A stretch of DNA of 64,000 nucleotides, taken from contig JAPDFW010000068.1 of the NCBI GenBank assembly GCA_028826165.1, forward strand, positions 401,506 through 465,505. The letters run 5' to 3'. Made by a program: the position numbers and the translations under genes. The notes beneath the pieces are model-generated. The model saw only the letters and a list, made by a program, of their open reading frames with translations, was not told the origin of the DNA and searched no databases. This document shows, in pieces, positions 10,062-23,333 of the stretch. Source of the DNA: Anaeramoeba ignava BMAN (Eukaryota; Protista; Anaeramoebae). Position 1 is the stretch's first letter; every line of letters begins with the position of its first letter.

Positions 10062-13000
10062 TTAGATATACTTATTCATTGAGCGATACAAAGCTAATAT
10101 TTCTTCTCTCTCATTTTTTTGAGAGAAATCAAATAAAGCAAAAGCTAAATTATGATGTCCAAGTCTTGTTAATGAAAGAAACAAACGAGTTCGATCATGA
10201 TTTTCTTCAAAAAATACAAAAAATTTTGGAAGAAAACCAGGATATTTTCTTGTAATAAGACTCAAATAAACAATTGGGAAACATAATGTTGGATATAAAT
10301 CATCAATGTATCCACGATGATAGTATTGGTTGTTGATATCCTCGATTAATTCTGTGAGTAAATGAAGGAAAAATAGAAGACTATTCACCAAATTTGAAGA
10401 AATTGAATATTCAAAGTTTGATTCTTGAGTCGGACTGTTTCTGTTGTAGTTCTCGTTTATTGATTGAGGTGATTTTGAGTTTCTTTTCGGTTTTGATTTC
10501 CCAGTTTTTTTTCTTTTGATTTCTTGTGATTGGTTTTTTTCTATTATTCCTTGAAAATTTTCTTCATTTTGAAAAAGTGATGAAAGTATTTCAAAAATTC
10601 CAGTGTAAGCAATTGAATAAAAAAAGAAATGAGCAAAAATATGGCCAACAGACTTGCTTTTTATAAAGGGAATCAATGATGAGCCAATTTCCTGATAAAT
10701 GCATAAAATCAATGATTCCGAGTTTGGAAGATCGGAAATCAAAGCAGAAGCAACTTGTGCTTTTCTTAAAGATTGTTCAAAAGAAGGTGAAACAAATTCA
10801 AGAAAATCTTTTTCATTTAATTTTGAATATTGAATTTTGTGATAGAAATTGTGTGATTTTTCTAATAAAGAATTGATAAAATATGTGCCTGTTATATAAT
10901 TTCCAAATTCGTTGTGAATTTTCCAAACAATGTGAATTGCTTCTTGAAAATTAATATCTTTTGCGTGATTTGAACGAAAGTGTCTTAAGTTTGTAAATGT
11001 GTAAATTGAGTTAAATGCTCGTTTAAAAATTTTCATTGAATCTTCATTCCAGTTGATTTGGAATTTATTTATGGTATTCATTTGAGAATCTGTAATTTTA
11101 AAATAATCTATAAAGTGTTGGTAATATATTTTAGGTTGGTAATGCCTAAACAAAAGAAGGAATGAATTTTAATTTTAATTTTAATTTTAATTTTGAATTT
11201 AATTTTAATTTTGAATTTAATTGAATATTGAATATTGAATTAAATTGAATATTGAATATTGAATATTGAATATTGAATTGAATTGAATATTGAATATTGA
11301 ATATTGAATATTAAATATTGAATTGAATATTGAATTGAATTGAATTGAATTGAATATTCAATATTGAATTAAATTGAATATTGAATATTGAATATTGAAT
11401 ATTGAATATTGAAAATTGAATATTGAATATTGAATATTGAATATTGAATTGAATATTGAATATTGAATTGAATATTGAATTGAATATTGAATTAAATATT
11501 AAATATTGAATATTGAATATTGAATATTGAATATTAAATATTGAATATTGAATATTGAATATTGAATTAAATATTAAATTGAATATTGAATATTGAATAT
11601 TGAATTGAATTTTGAATTGAATATTGAATTGAATATTGAATTAAATTGAATATTGAATATTGAATATTGAATATTGAATATTGGATATTGAATTAAATTG
11701 AATATTGAATATTGAATATTGAATTAAATATTGAATTTAATTTAATTTAATTGAATTCATTTAAATTGAATATTGAATTAAATATTGAATTGAATATTGA
11801 ATTAAATATTGAATTGAATATTGAATTTTAATTTGAATATTGAATTGAATTTTAATTTTAATTTTAATTTTGAATTGAATTGAATATTGAATATTGAATA
11901 TTGAATATTGAATTGAATATTGAATATTAAATTGAATATTGGATTAAATTGGATATTGAATATTGAATATTGAATTAAATTGAATTTTGAATTTAATTGA
12001 ATATTGAATTGAATTTAATTTAATTTAATTGAATTCAATTGATTTTCATTTTAATTTTCATTTAAATTGATTTGAATTGAATATTGAATTTTACAATTTT
12101 AAACAAGTAATAAATCTTGAAATTGGATGCTTAGAATTCTTTAATTGAAAAATTTTTTGAAATGTATCAGAAACTTTCTTAACTAAAATATTAGGATCTG
12201 TATCTGGTAAATTATTCTCAAAAAACCAACAAATAGAAGAAGAAAAACTTCTAACAAGAGACCAAAAATTCACATGAATATCACTTAATTTCATTGTATC
12301 TAAATCTTTCATAAATAAACTATTCCAAAAATGAAACGCTTCTTTTAAATTTGAATCTTCCAAACTGAGTCTTTCGTTTTGAGAATTATTCTTAAATAAA
12401 AAATCCTTTTTCAAACCATCTTTATACATAACAAAATCATCAAACCAATAAAGACATGATTTTTCAGGATAATTTCGAAGCACTTTTTTAATCAGTTCCC
12501 GTAATTTGACAACATTTCCTGCTCCTACTCCAATTGTGCCGTCTTTTCCAAAACAAAAGGTATTAATAATATGTTCCATTGAATTCCATCCAAGCAAAAA
12601 AAATCTGATTGCTGAAAATTTTATTGTGTGAAGCGAGACAATTTTTTGGTCAACATAGTTCGCAAGATCCACAAGTGTTTCGAACAATTTTGGTATTAAA
12701 TTGTGGAGATTGATTGCCTCCAAATTTTGGATGAGAACAGATAAAAAGGCTCTTGTGATTTCAAATATTGTTTCATTAAGCCGTTCGTTTCTGTTCTGTG
12801 TCATCGAAAAAATCTCCGTTTTCACAATCAATAGTTGCTGGATCATATTCTTAGCGAGATCATATTGGATTTGGGTCTCGCGGAAATTTTCAAGAAGTCT
12901 TTTTGTGATCTCCTTTGCTTGATCGCTTGTAAAATGCTCCTTGATTGTATTAATCATTGCAACAACATCTTTTTGTGTTAATGGTGCCTGTTGAAGATCA

Positions 13001-15360
13001 TTTAGTGAATGATACACTATATTTTGTTGCGATTTCGATGTTGTTGTTGGTATTTCTTTGGTTATTAATTTCACAAAAGTCAGGAATTCTTCGTATTTTT
13101 CTGTTTCTAGTTTTGATTCGAAATTTCTTTCGAAAAATGGTTGTGAATCATATAATTGTGAATCAAATGGCTTGAAGTTTTTGCGCGAATTTCCTGAAGA
13201 ATTATAAAGAAAATCACCAGAAATTAATGGTGATTGTCTTGATGAAAACTCGCGATGATTTTGGATATTTTCATTTATTGTCAAATTGCCTCGATTTTTG
13301 CTAATACTATTGAATCTAAAATCAGAGAAGTTCATTCTGTTTGTGAAATTTGGATCTTGGTCGTAAATTTTACTATTAGGATCTCTAAATCTTGGATCAA
13401 ATTCGAGAGAAGAAAATTCACCGATTGAATTGGTGTTTAAATTTGAGATGTTTCTATTCATCACGAGATTTGGATTTAGTTCATTATCAGAAATATTTTG
13501 GTTTTTCTGGTAGTTTTGATCCATATTTAAGGTAGGGTTGTTTTGCTCCAGACCTTGTTTTTCTGCATTTTGTTGATATTTTGCAGAGAAATCAATTCCT
13601 CTTGCTTGATCAAGAGAGTTTAATGCATTGATTGAGTTGTAAGAATTGGGATCTCTTTCATCAAATGATTTTTTCTCGTTGCCTTTGATATCGATCTGGG
13701 ATTGTGGAGTTGTGTATGAGTAGTTTCCCGAAAAGGGTGAATGTGGAGAAATTTTGTCAGACCAAAACCCTGTGTTGCGGGGACTTGGCTCTTCGCTGTT
13801 CAACAAGCTCCATGAAGGATCTTGCTTCTTTTTCTTGGGTACTTTTGGCGCTTCCAGGATTTGCTCAAGAAGCGTATCCATATATTCAGAATCGTCGGGT
13901 GTGTATTTTTCCAGATAAACAAAGCTTGTGTTTTGTAATTCTTGGATAAGATCTGAAAGAAAGTTTTCGTTTTGGTTTTCTTGTCCTTTTTGCTTTTCCA
14001 AAAGACCGAAAACATTGCGAATTTTGTTGAATAGAAACTTTGCAAATAAAGATTTCTGTTCTTCGGGAAGCAAGAAATGAATATGAAACAACGTGTTGAT
14101 AAATTTGGAATAGAAATTCTGTTGTGAATAATTATTTGATCCTTTCAAAATATTCAGCTTGCGCGCGAAGTTAAATGTTGAAGGTTTGATGTATTCAATG
14201 CTCTTTGTCTTAAATTCCTTCATGATCACATAAACAAGGGAATTCCAAGTTGTGTCTCCACTAATTTCATTAGGCTCTGTGAGCGTGATTGGGTTGTCGC
14301 CATCAGGAAATTCAATCCACATTGGAACGCCAATTGGCGCGACTAATTTTTTAAAAAACGGCTTCAATTTCTTGTTCCCATCCATTTGTATAATTGCTTG
14401 AGCTAGTTCAACAAAAACATCCCATGATTCAACAAATTCAAATTGTGTGTTTAAAAGAACAATAAAACTACTGGGCGATGATAGGATTCTTTTGATGATC
14501 CTCTTGCATTTTGAATGAATATATAAATGCTCCCTACAGCAAAATGCCCAGTTTTCTTCCGAGTTTGAGTTTCTGATTGTGTTGATAGTGTCCTCAATTT
14601 CAAAATCAGATTCAAACTCAAACTCAAAATTGCATGAGTTGTTTCCATTTTTTGGTCGTGATTCGCAATAATCCAAACATATTTCCGGACTTAAAAACCC
14701 AACAAGTGAAATTTTCATGATGAGAAGAATTTCTTTACATTTTGATTTATAACAATGCCAATTAGGAATTGAAATGACATGTTCAACAATATCAATCACT
14801 CTTTTGAACTTGTGTGGTGATCGAACATCAATATGTTCGCTTATTTCCTCAATTGTAAGTGGAATAGGCAAAATGTGCTCATCAATTCCAGCAATTATAT
14901 ATTCTATAAAAAGTGCATTTGGTTTTTCTCCACAAAATGCTTGAGTAATTAATTGTTTTGACAAACTTCCAAAAATTTTTTTTGTTTTTGCTTTTTGTTT
15001 TTTTGCTGATTTTTTGCTGTTTTGATTTTTGATTTTTTCATTTTCAATTTCAATTAAATTTTCATTTTCATTTTCATTTTCATTTTCAATTTCATTTTCA
15101 TTTTCATTTTCAATTTCAATTTCATTTTTAATTTCATTTTTAATTTCAATTTTAATTTTAATTTCATTTTCATTTTTTTGTGTTTCTTGATTAAGAAATA
15201 ATGATTTAATTTCTCTAATCCATTCATTTGCAGTTTTTCTTTGATTCCATGATTCAAGTGTAAATTGTATTAAAAGTTCTGATAATGATAAGGATTCTTT
15301 ATTATCTTTATTTTTATTATCTTTATTATTTTTATTTTTTTTATTTTTATTTTTTTCCAT
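10062..15360 (-). CDS. MED24: Large helical protein, probable Mediator tail subunit MED24/Med5-like (exons 15360-12095, 11145-10062)
   Basis: N-terminus TLESWNQRKTANEWIREIKSLF...LSKQLITQAFCGEKPNALFIEYIIAGI resembles the MED24 N-terminus as I recall it (ILQAWKERWSDYQWAINMKKFF...LADALLEQAMIGPSPNPLILSYLKYAI). GT-AG intron 11146-12094 joins the two ORFs in frame (LKL|HYQPK). Confidence 0.55.
11165..12090. repeat. Intronic (TTGAATA)n heptamer / TTGAA repeat
   Basis: Directly visible. Confidence 0.95.
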
Positions 15361-15545
15361 TTAATTTTTAAATCTTTTTATATTGAATAGAAAAAAAAAA
15401 CACAAAAAAAAAATGAAAAATTCAAAATCAAAAAAAAATTTTTTTCTTTCTTTCTTTTTTTGTTTAAAAAAAAAAACATTCATTAAAAAATCAAAATCAA
15501 AAAAAAAAATGAAAAAGATTTTTTTTCTTTTGTTCCTTTTTCTGT

Positions 15546-18500
15546 TTAAAAGAAGAAAGAAAAAATAACAAGAATAGTTGATAAAAGTAAATTGAATTGA
15601 TTAAGAATTGCTGAATCTAAAAAAAAAAAGAAAAAATAAAATAAATTTTAATTATTAAATTTTTTTCCGATTTTAATTTTAATTTTGATTTCAATTTTGA
15701 TTTTAATTTTAATTTTAATTTTTAATTTTAATTTGAATTTTAAATTTTAAATTTTAATTTTAATTATTAAATTTTTTTCCGATTTTGATTTTAATTTTAA
15801 TTTTAATTTTAATTTTAATTTTAATTTTAATTTTAATTTTAATTTTAATTTTAATTTTGAATTGAATTTTAATTTTAATTTTAATTTTAATTTTAATTTT
15901 CATTTTTAATTTTAATTTGGAATTTTAATTTTGAATTTAATTTTAATTTTAATTTTAATTTTGATTTTTAATTTTAATTTTAATTTTAATTTTAATTTTA
16001 ATTTTAATTTTAATTTTGATTTTGAATTTTAATTTTAATTTTAATTTTGATTTTAATTTTAATTTTAATTTTGATTTTAATTTTAATTTTGATTTTGATT
16101 TTGAATTTGAATTTTAATTTTAATTTTAATTTTAATTTTAATTTTAATTTTGATTTTGAATTTGAATTTTAATTTTAATTTTAATTTTGATTTTAATTTT
16201 AATTTTAAATTTTGAATTTGAATTGAATTTTAATTTGAATTGAATTTGAATTGAATTTTGAATTTTAATTTTAATTTTAATTTGAAATTGATTTACTAGG
16301 TGATTCAAAACTTTGAACAATGCTCCATTCTCCATTCCCTACATAATTATGCCCTCTTATTTTACAAACATAAACAACACCAGAGGTCAAATAAGAATAA
16401 TCCATGACAAAAGAATAAGAAGTGAAATTTTTCGGAAAATTATAAATTTCAGGTTGAGAATAAAACTCATAATAATCCAAATTTAAATCATCAGAAGGAT
16501 CCCATTTGAAAGTAATCATATTAGTAAATCGACGCACAATAAAGCCAGTGATTTCTTCAGGAATTTTGTCAACAGAGAATTGATACTCTTCACTGATTTC
16601 ACTTGAACCAATAGAATTTTCAGAAAAAACTTGAATAGTGTATGATTTCTCAGAAAAATTGGAATAAGATAGATTGAAAGAGTTTGTTGTGATAACAGAA
16701 CCAAATCCGGGGATTGTTGGATCAAAGATAATTGTGTACTGGATAATAGGCGATCCATTCGGATTCGGGATTTCCCATGAGAAATAAATTTGTAATTCGG
16801 AATGTGAATGCGTGATATTGATTGAATCGATTTTTTCGGGAACTTGAGATTGTTGAGTCGTGAAATAAACAGACTCATTTGATTCACTTCCGTTTCCGAT
16901 CCAGTTCTCAGCAATAATAACGATATTGTATGTCTGGAAACCGAATAGATCACCCAATAAAACGGAGACATTTTCAAAAACAGAAGAAAATTCAAAAGAA
17001 ATATTTGATGAATTTTGAGAAGTGATTATAATATAGTATCCAGTAATAGGATCTCCATTATCGTTTGGTTTGTTCCAGTTGATGTTGATATAACCAGATT
17101 GCAAGTTGTAATTTATTGAAGAGACTTGAGCAGGAACATTATCTGTTATGGTTGTTTTCTCGTCAGACCAAGAACCCAAACCGATTGCGTTTTCGGCAGC
17201 AATTTTAACAGCATAAATGACTCCTGGTTGGAGTCCAGAAGACAAATTGTAGAAAAGATATGAAGTGTTTGAATATGTTGTATTAAGAACGCAATTGGAT
17301 GAGTTAGTTTGTTCATAAACTTGGATTCGGTAGTCGGTAATCTCAGATCCTCCGTTGAAAGGGGATTCCCAAGAAATAAGTATATAATCCCTTATGGAAT
17401 TGAGCGAAATCATGTTGAGCTCAATCTTAATAGGAACATTTGCGGAAACACAATCGCTAATACTCGTTGATTTTGTGTCCATTGTGTAAGTTGATGGCGG
17501 ACATTCATAACAGAATATTTTCCCCGTCTCATTCTGGTAGGTTGAGTAGGGACATTCGAGACATTCATCTGCGCCGATGAAGTCTTTATAAGTTCCTATA
17601 GAGCACTCCACACAGGCATAAGTGGATTGAGAGCATGTGTATCCTTTAGGACAATCAAATCCATCAAAAAGCATGAAAAAACCGCCTGAAGAAAATCCAT
17701 TAAGTGTGGGATCAAGATAGTTTCCTTTAATCGGGAATATTCGCGATGATGTTTTACCCGAAACGTAGATTTCTCTTGGAGAAAAGGATAGCGTTGCTTG
17801 AGCCGCGCCAAATGACCCGATATACGACGAAAATCTGAGCGTCGTTAAATTCGAATCGAAAATTGCTAATGTTGGATCTAAATCGAATAATCCTCCTAAT
17901 TTTTCTGGTTGCAAGGACTCTTTTCCAATCATCACTTGATCCGCTGTGCAATATGTTGAGCCGCATATCATTACCCCATCATCTTCAAAAACTTCCAGAC
18001 AATTGTGACTGATGTAATAACTGCAATTTGTCCCTCCAAAAAGTGTTCCACTTAAAAGGGAATAATTTGAATCAATCGAGAAAATAAATGCTGAATAGTA
18101 ACTTGTCGATGTTTTGTTTGTTTGAAAGGAATGTTCGTTTTTGATGTAATCAATCAAATCAGTTGATTTAGTGATTCCGGCAAAATAGAAGATGAATCCG
18201 TTTGTGATTGAGGGGATTTGCTGGTAAGTAAAGCTTGTGATCCTGTCCTCATTCAAACCGCCGATGAAACTACCATATTCCAAAGTAGGTTGAGCGTTGT
18301 AATTGTAATATTGGTCGAATTTTAAATGGATGATAAAAGAAGAGTAAGATCCGGAATAAAGTGATGGATTTGAAGTGAGAATTGCAGTTGATTCCGTTAT
18401 TAACGAAAGTTGGCCTTTTGTGTATCCAGTCAGTAAATAAGTGGGAATTTGATATCCTTCTTCTTCATAAACAACTAGATTTCCAGTGCTCAAATTCGTC

Positions 18501-21064
18501 ATTGCTGTTGTTCCGAGGAAAGTGCTGAACATAAGATCTAAGTAGTTTCCTGTATCCCAATAGAAAAGACACATGAATCCGTCTTGTTCTTGATTTTCAT
18601 CCGAAAAATTCCTCAATTGGTTATGAAGTGGTGGAAAAAAAGGATTTGCAGAATATCCCGAAAGGAGAAGATATAAATAATCGTAGCCATCATTGAAAAG
18701 TTCAAATCCTGATATATCCAAATCATAAGAACCATCTCCAAAGGCGCTTGAGAACCAAATACTATGGGGATAATATATATACATGAATCCTGATGATAAT
18801 GAAATTGGTCCTGTTACGTTTTGATATGCATCAATTGTCCCGATGAATTCACTTCCTGTTACGTTTCCTGCTAGTGTTATAAAGCAATACCCCCAGAATT
18901 CGGTTAAACTAACGCTTGATAAATGTAATTGTGTTGTTGTAGATCCCAAAACCCTTCCTGTCTGGTATATCCCGTTAATGAATTCTTCAACGAAAATTCT
19001 TTTATATGAAAGATATTCATATGTTCCAATTAAATAGTCAGTGTTACTACATCTGATGTGTGATATTACTTGTGTTTCATATACTTCTAGTAAATATGAC
19101 GAATCGATCACATTTTCTTTTGGATTTAATATAAATATAAATTAAGAATATAAATATAAATATAAATATAAATATAAATATAAATATAAATATAAAAATA
19201 TAAGAAAATTAAGAATATAAATATAAAATAAATATAAATATAAATATAAATATAAATATAAATATAAATATAAATATAAATATAAATATAAATATAAATA
19301 TAAATATAAATATAAATATAAATATAAATATAAATATAAATATAAATATAAATATAAATATAAATATAAATATAAATAAATATAAATCTAAATATAAATA
19401 TAAATATAAATATAAATATAAATATAAAATATAAATATAAAAATATAAATTATAAAAATAAAAATATAAATATAAATATAAATATAAATAAATAAAAATA
19501 AAATATAAAATTATAAATATAAATATAAATATAAAAAATATAAAATATAAATATAAATCTAAATATAAATATAAAATATAAACATAAATATAAATTATAA
19601 ATATAAATATAAATTATAAATATAAATATAAATATAAAATATAAATATAAATATAAATATAAATATAAATATAAATATAAATATAAATATAAATATAAAA
19701 TATAAATATAAATAAACATATAAACATAAATATAAAAATAAATAAAATAAATATAAATATAAATATAAATAAAATATAAATATAAAATATAAAATAAAAA
19801 TAATTATAAAATATAAATATAAAATATAAACATAAAACATAAATATAAATATAAAAATAAACATATAAACATAAAATATAAAATAAATATAAATATAAAT
19901 ATAAACATAATATAAAACATAAATATAAAATATAAAATAAAATATAAATATAAATATAAATATAAATATAAATATAAATATATAAATATAAATATAAAAT
20001 AAAAATAAAAATATAAATAATAAAACATAAATATAAATATAAATATAAATATAAACATAAATATAAATATAAATATAAAATAAAATATAAAATACAATTA
20101 TAAATATATAAATATAAATATAAATATAAATATAAATATAAATATAAATATAAATATAAATATAAATATAAAAATAAACATAAAATAAAAATAAATATAA
20201 AAAATATAAAATAAAATTAAAAAAAATATAAATATAATTATAAAAACATAAATAAAATAAATATAAAATAAAAATATAAAATAAACATAAATATAAAATA
20301 TAAACATAAATATAAAAATAAACATAAATATAAAAATATAAAATATAAAATATAAATATAAAATAAATATAAAATAAATATAAAATATAAATATAAATAT
20401 AAAATATAAATATAAATATAAATATAAATATAAATATAAATATAAATATAAATATAAATATAAATATAAATATAAATATAAATTAAGAATATAAATATAA
20501 ATATAAATATAAATATAAATATAAATATAAATATAAATATAAATATAATTATAAATATAAATATAAATAAATATAAATATAAAAAAAAATAAAATTAAAA
20601 ATAAAAATATAAATATAAATATAAATATAAATATAAATATAAATATAAATATAAATATAAAATATAAATATATTATAAATAAAATAAAATAAAAATATAA
20701 ATATAAATTATAAATATAAATATAAATATAAATATAATTATAAATTAAGAATATAAATATAAATATAAATATAAATATAAATATAAATATATAAATATAA
20801 ATATAAATATAAATATAAATATAATTATAAATATAAATATAAATATAAATAAATTAAGAATATAAATATAATTATAAATATAAATATAAATATAAATTAA
20901 GAATATAAATATAAATATAAATTTGTGTTTTGTTTTTGTGTGTTTTGTTTGTTTTTTGAACCAGTAAAAAAAAAAATAAAAAAAAAATAATTTAATTTAC
21001 GAATTAAAATAGAATTAACAACAAAAACCAAAATTAAAGAAAATAAGAATTGAAGAGCAAACAT
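15546..21064 (-). CDS. Secreted, probably GPI-anchored surface protein: signal peptide, SBBP-like beta-propeller repeats, Cys-rich (GCC2/GCC3, ephrin-receptor-like) repeats, ~4 FN3 domains
   Basis: Exon 21064-21001 encodes the signal peptide MFALQFLFSLILVFVVNSILI. Intron 19117-21000 joins it in frame to ORF 16277-19111. Motifs FSTFLG, YGSFIGG..EDRI, FSSYIG, VSGKTSS..FP; CVECSIGTY..CLECPYSTY..CYECPPSTY; ISWESPFNGGSEITDY. The last exon (15616-15546) gives NSAILNQFNLLLSTILVIFSFFF*. Confidence 0.8.
15670..16285. repeat. Intronic (TTTTAA/TTTTGA)n microsatellite
   Basis: Directly visible in the last intron of the surface-protein gene. Confidence 0.9.
19125..20920. repeat. Intronic (TAAATA)n microsatellite
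   Basis: Fills the first intron of the surface-protein gene. Confidence 0.95.
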
Positions 21065-21163
21065 TGGAAATGAAAAAAAAGAAAGAAAAAAAATGAAAAA
21101 AATTATTTTATTATTTTTTTTGTTTATTTTTTTATTTTAGTTTTTGTTTTAATTTTAATTGAT

Positions 21164-23234
21164 TTAATCAAATTCTTCTTTTTAATTTTTTTGGAAACAA
21201 CCAGAAAAAACACTTTTCTTTTGCTAAATTATTATTTAAAAAGAAAAAAGAAAAAAGAAAAAATTAATATAAATTTTTCAATTAGATTTTTGGATTTAAA
21301 AAGAAAAAGAAGAAGAAGAAATTTACTTTTGATTTTGGTTTAATATTAAATAAATCAGATAATTGTTTAATCTTTTCTTGTTTTGAAGTTAATTTTGATG
21401 CACTTTTAAGATCTTTAAGACCCAAATCTCGATAATTCCCATCTTTTGTAAATTCCAAATAAAGATAATAAGCATAAGCTCTTGTGTAATAAAACTTTGT
21501 ATGTTGAATATTATTATTATTCTTTATTGCTTCATCAAGATGAGAAATTGCGTTTTTAATTTTTGGTAAAACTTTTTTTTGAATTTTTGAATTTGGAGTG
21601 TTTTGTCTACTTTTTCTGGGACTTAATCTTTTCTTCTTATTTTGTAATTGACGATTTAGTAAGTGACTAAATTCAATAGTAATTTCATCTAAAAATGCTT
21701 TTGCCCAATAATATTGCATTACAAAATACCAATTCTCTTTAATATTAGAATTATCAATTTGATTTAAATTTTGATTTTGATTTAAATTTTGATTTTGATT
21801 TAAATTTTGATTTTGATTTTGATTTTGATTTTGATTTTGATTTTGATTTTGATTTTGATTTTGATTTTGATTTTGATTTTGATTTTGATTTTGATTTTGA
21901 TTTTGATTTTGATTTAAATTTTGATTTAAATTTTGATTTTGTTGATTTTGATTTTGATTTTGATTTTGATTTTGTTCTTTTTCTTGATTTTCTTGATTTT
22001 CTTGATTTTCTTGATTTTCTTGATTTTCTTGATTTTGTTGTATTTTTTTCACCATTTGAAATACTTGAACAACTTTTTTTGATGTGTATTGCTTCTTGAA
22101 ATAACAAATCCCTAAATAACTCAATATCTCAGCGTTCTTATTATTCTTTTTATATTTTTCCAATATCTTTTCAACTTGATCCCAATTATGATTATACATC
22201 TTCATTTTGATAAAATTCAAAAAATCTTTTTGATTATTTTCTGTTGAACTTTTAATTAAATCAAAAGACATTTTTTCAACATTTTCCAGGAATATTTTAT
22301 CCAATTCACTCTCTGCTTTCGATGATTCCTGAGTGTAAAAATATAAATGAGCTGATACAATCGCAAAATAATTTGGAAATTCATTTGTTTGATGTGATTT
22401 TTGTGCTTTTCTTAAAGCATTTTTTGCTTTTTTATAATCCTTTCTTTTCATGCTAATTAAACATTGAAGTAAAAATCCATTTCTGCATTTTTTATTCATC
22501 GAAAGATAATCATTGATTTTTGCATTTGCCTTTTCAAACTCATTTAATCGATAAAAGCAAATTGCTGAAATATAATTCAATGATGAGATTAAATTTTGAT
22601 CCATTTTTAATTTTGATTTATGATTTTGATTTTGATTTTGATTTTGATTTGGATTTTGATTTGGATTTGGATTTTGATTTGGATTTGGATTTGGATTTGG
22701 ATTTTTTAATCTTTTCATTTTATTTAATGCTTCATCAGCGCACTGAAGAACAAATTGATATCCTGTATTCTCTCCATTTTTTTCAGTCTCTTCAATAGAA
22801 AAATAAATGATTTTTAATAAGTCACTTAATGGAATCACTGAAACATCACTTATTAAATTTTTGTAATTAAGAATTGATGTTTTTATGTTTAATTTTGGTT
22901 CGTTATTTTTTGATCTCATTTCTGATTCTGATATTAAGTTTTGGATAAAATCTTGGCTTTGAGTTCTTTTTGAATCAGGACTATTTTGTTGTGATATATG
23001 AAACCTATCACTTAAATATTTTCTTTGAGGCGTAAGTCGGATTAATCTTCTTGTTGTTGTTGTTGTTGATGTTGTTTTTGTTTGATTTTCAGTATTTTCT
23101 TCTTTATTTGTTAAAATGTTATCGTTTTCTTGAATTTTCTTAATATTTTTATTTTCAATTTTTTTCTTTTCTTGTTCATTTTGATTTGGATTTTCTTTTT
23201 GGTTTTTTTCTTCAGGATTTTCTTGGTTATTCAT
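21164..23234 (-). CDS. TPR-like helical repeat protein with QN low-complexity inserts
   Basis: ORF 21282-23318, likely start MNNQENP at 23234. TPR-like segments (YISAICFYRLNEFEKA, AEILSYLGICYFK, FYYTRAYAYY). A probable short last intron leads to a final exon ending QKIKKEEFD*. Confidence 0.65.
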
Positions 23235-23333
23235 TTTATTGTTATTATTTTTATTTCGGGAAAAAAAATGAAAAATGAAAAAAGGAAAAATTTTTTTTTT
23301 CGAATTTTTTTTTATCATTTTTCATTTTTAAAA

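Noticed and set aside
23130-23318. Apparent overlap of the TPR and BTB-TLDc ORFs on opposite strands
   Set aside because: Caused by upstream non-ATG ORF extensions. The likely ATGs (23234 and 23334) are 100 bp apart and head-to-head.
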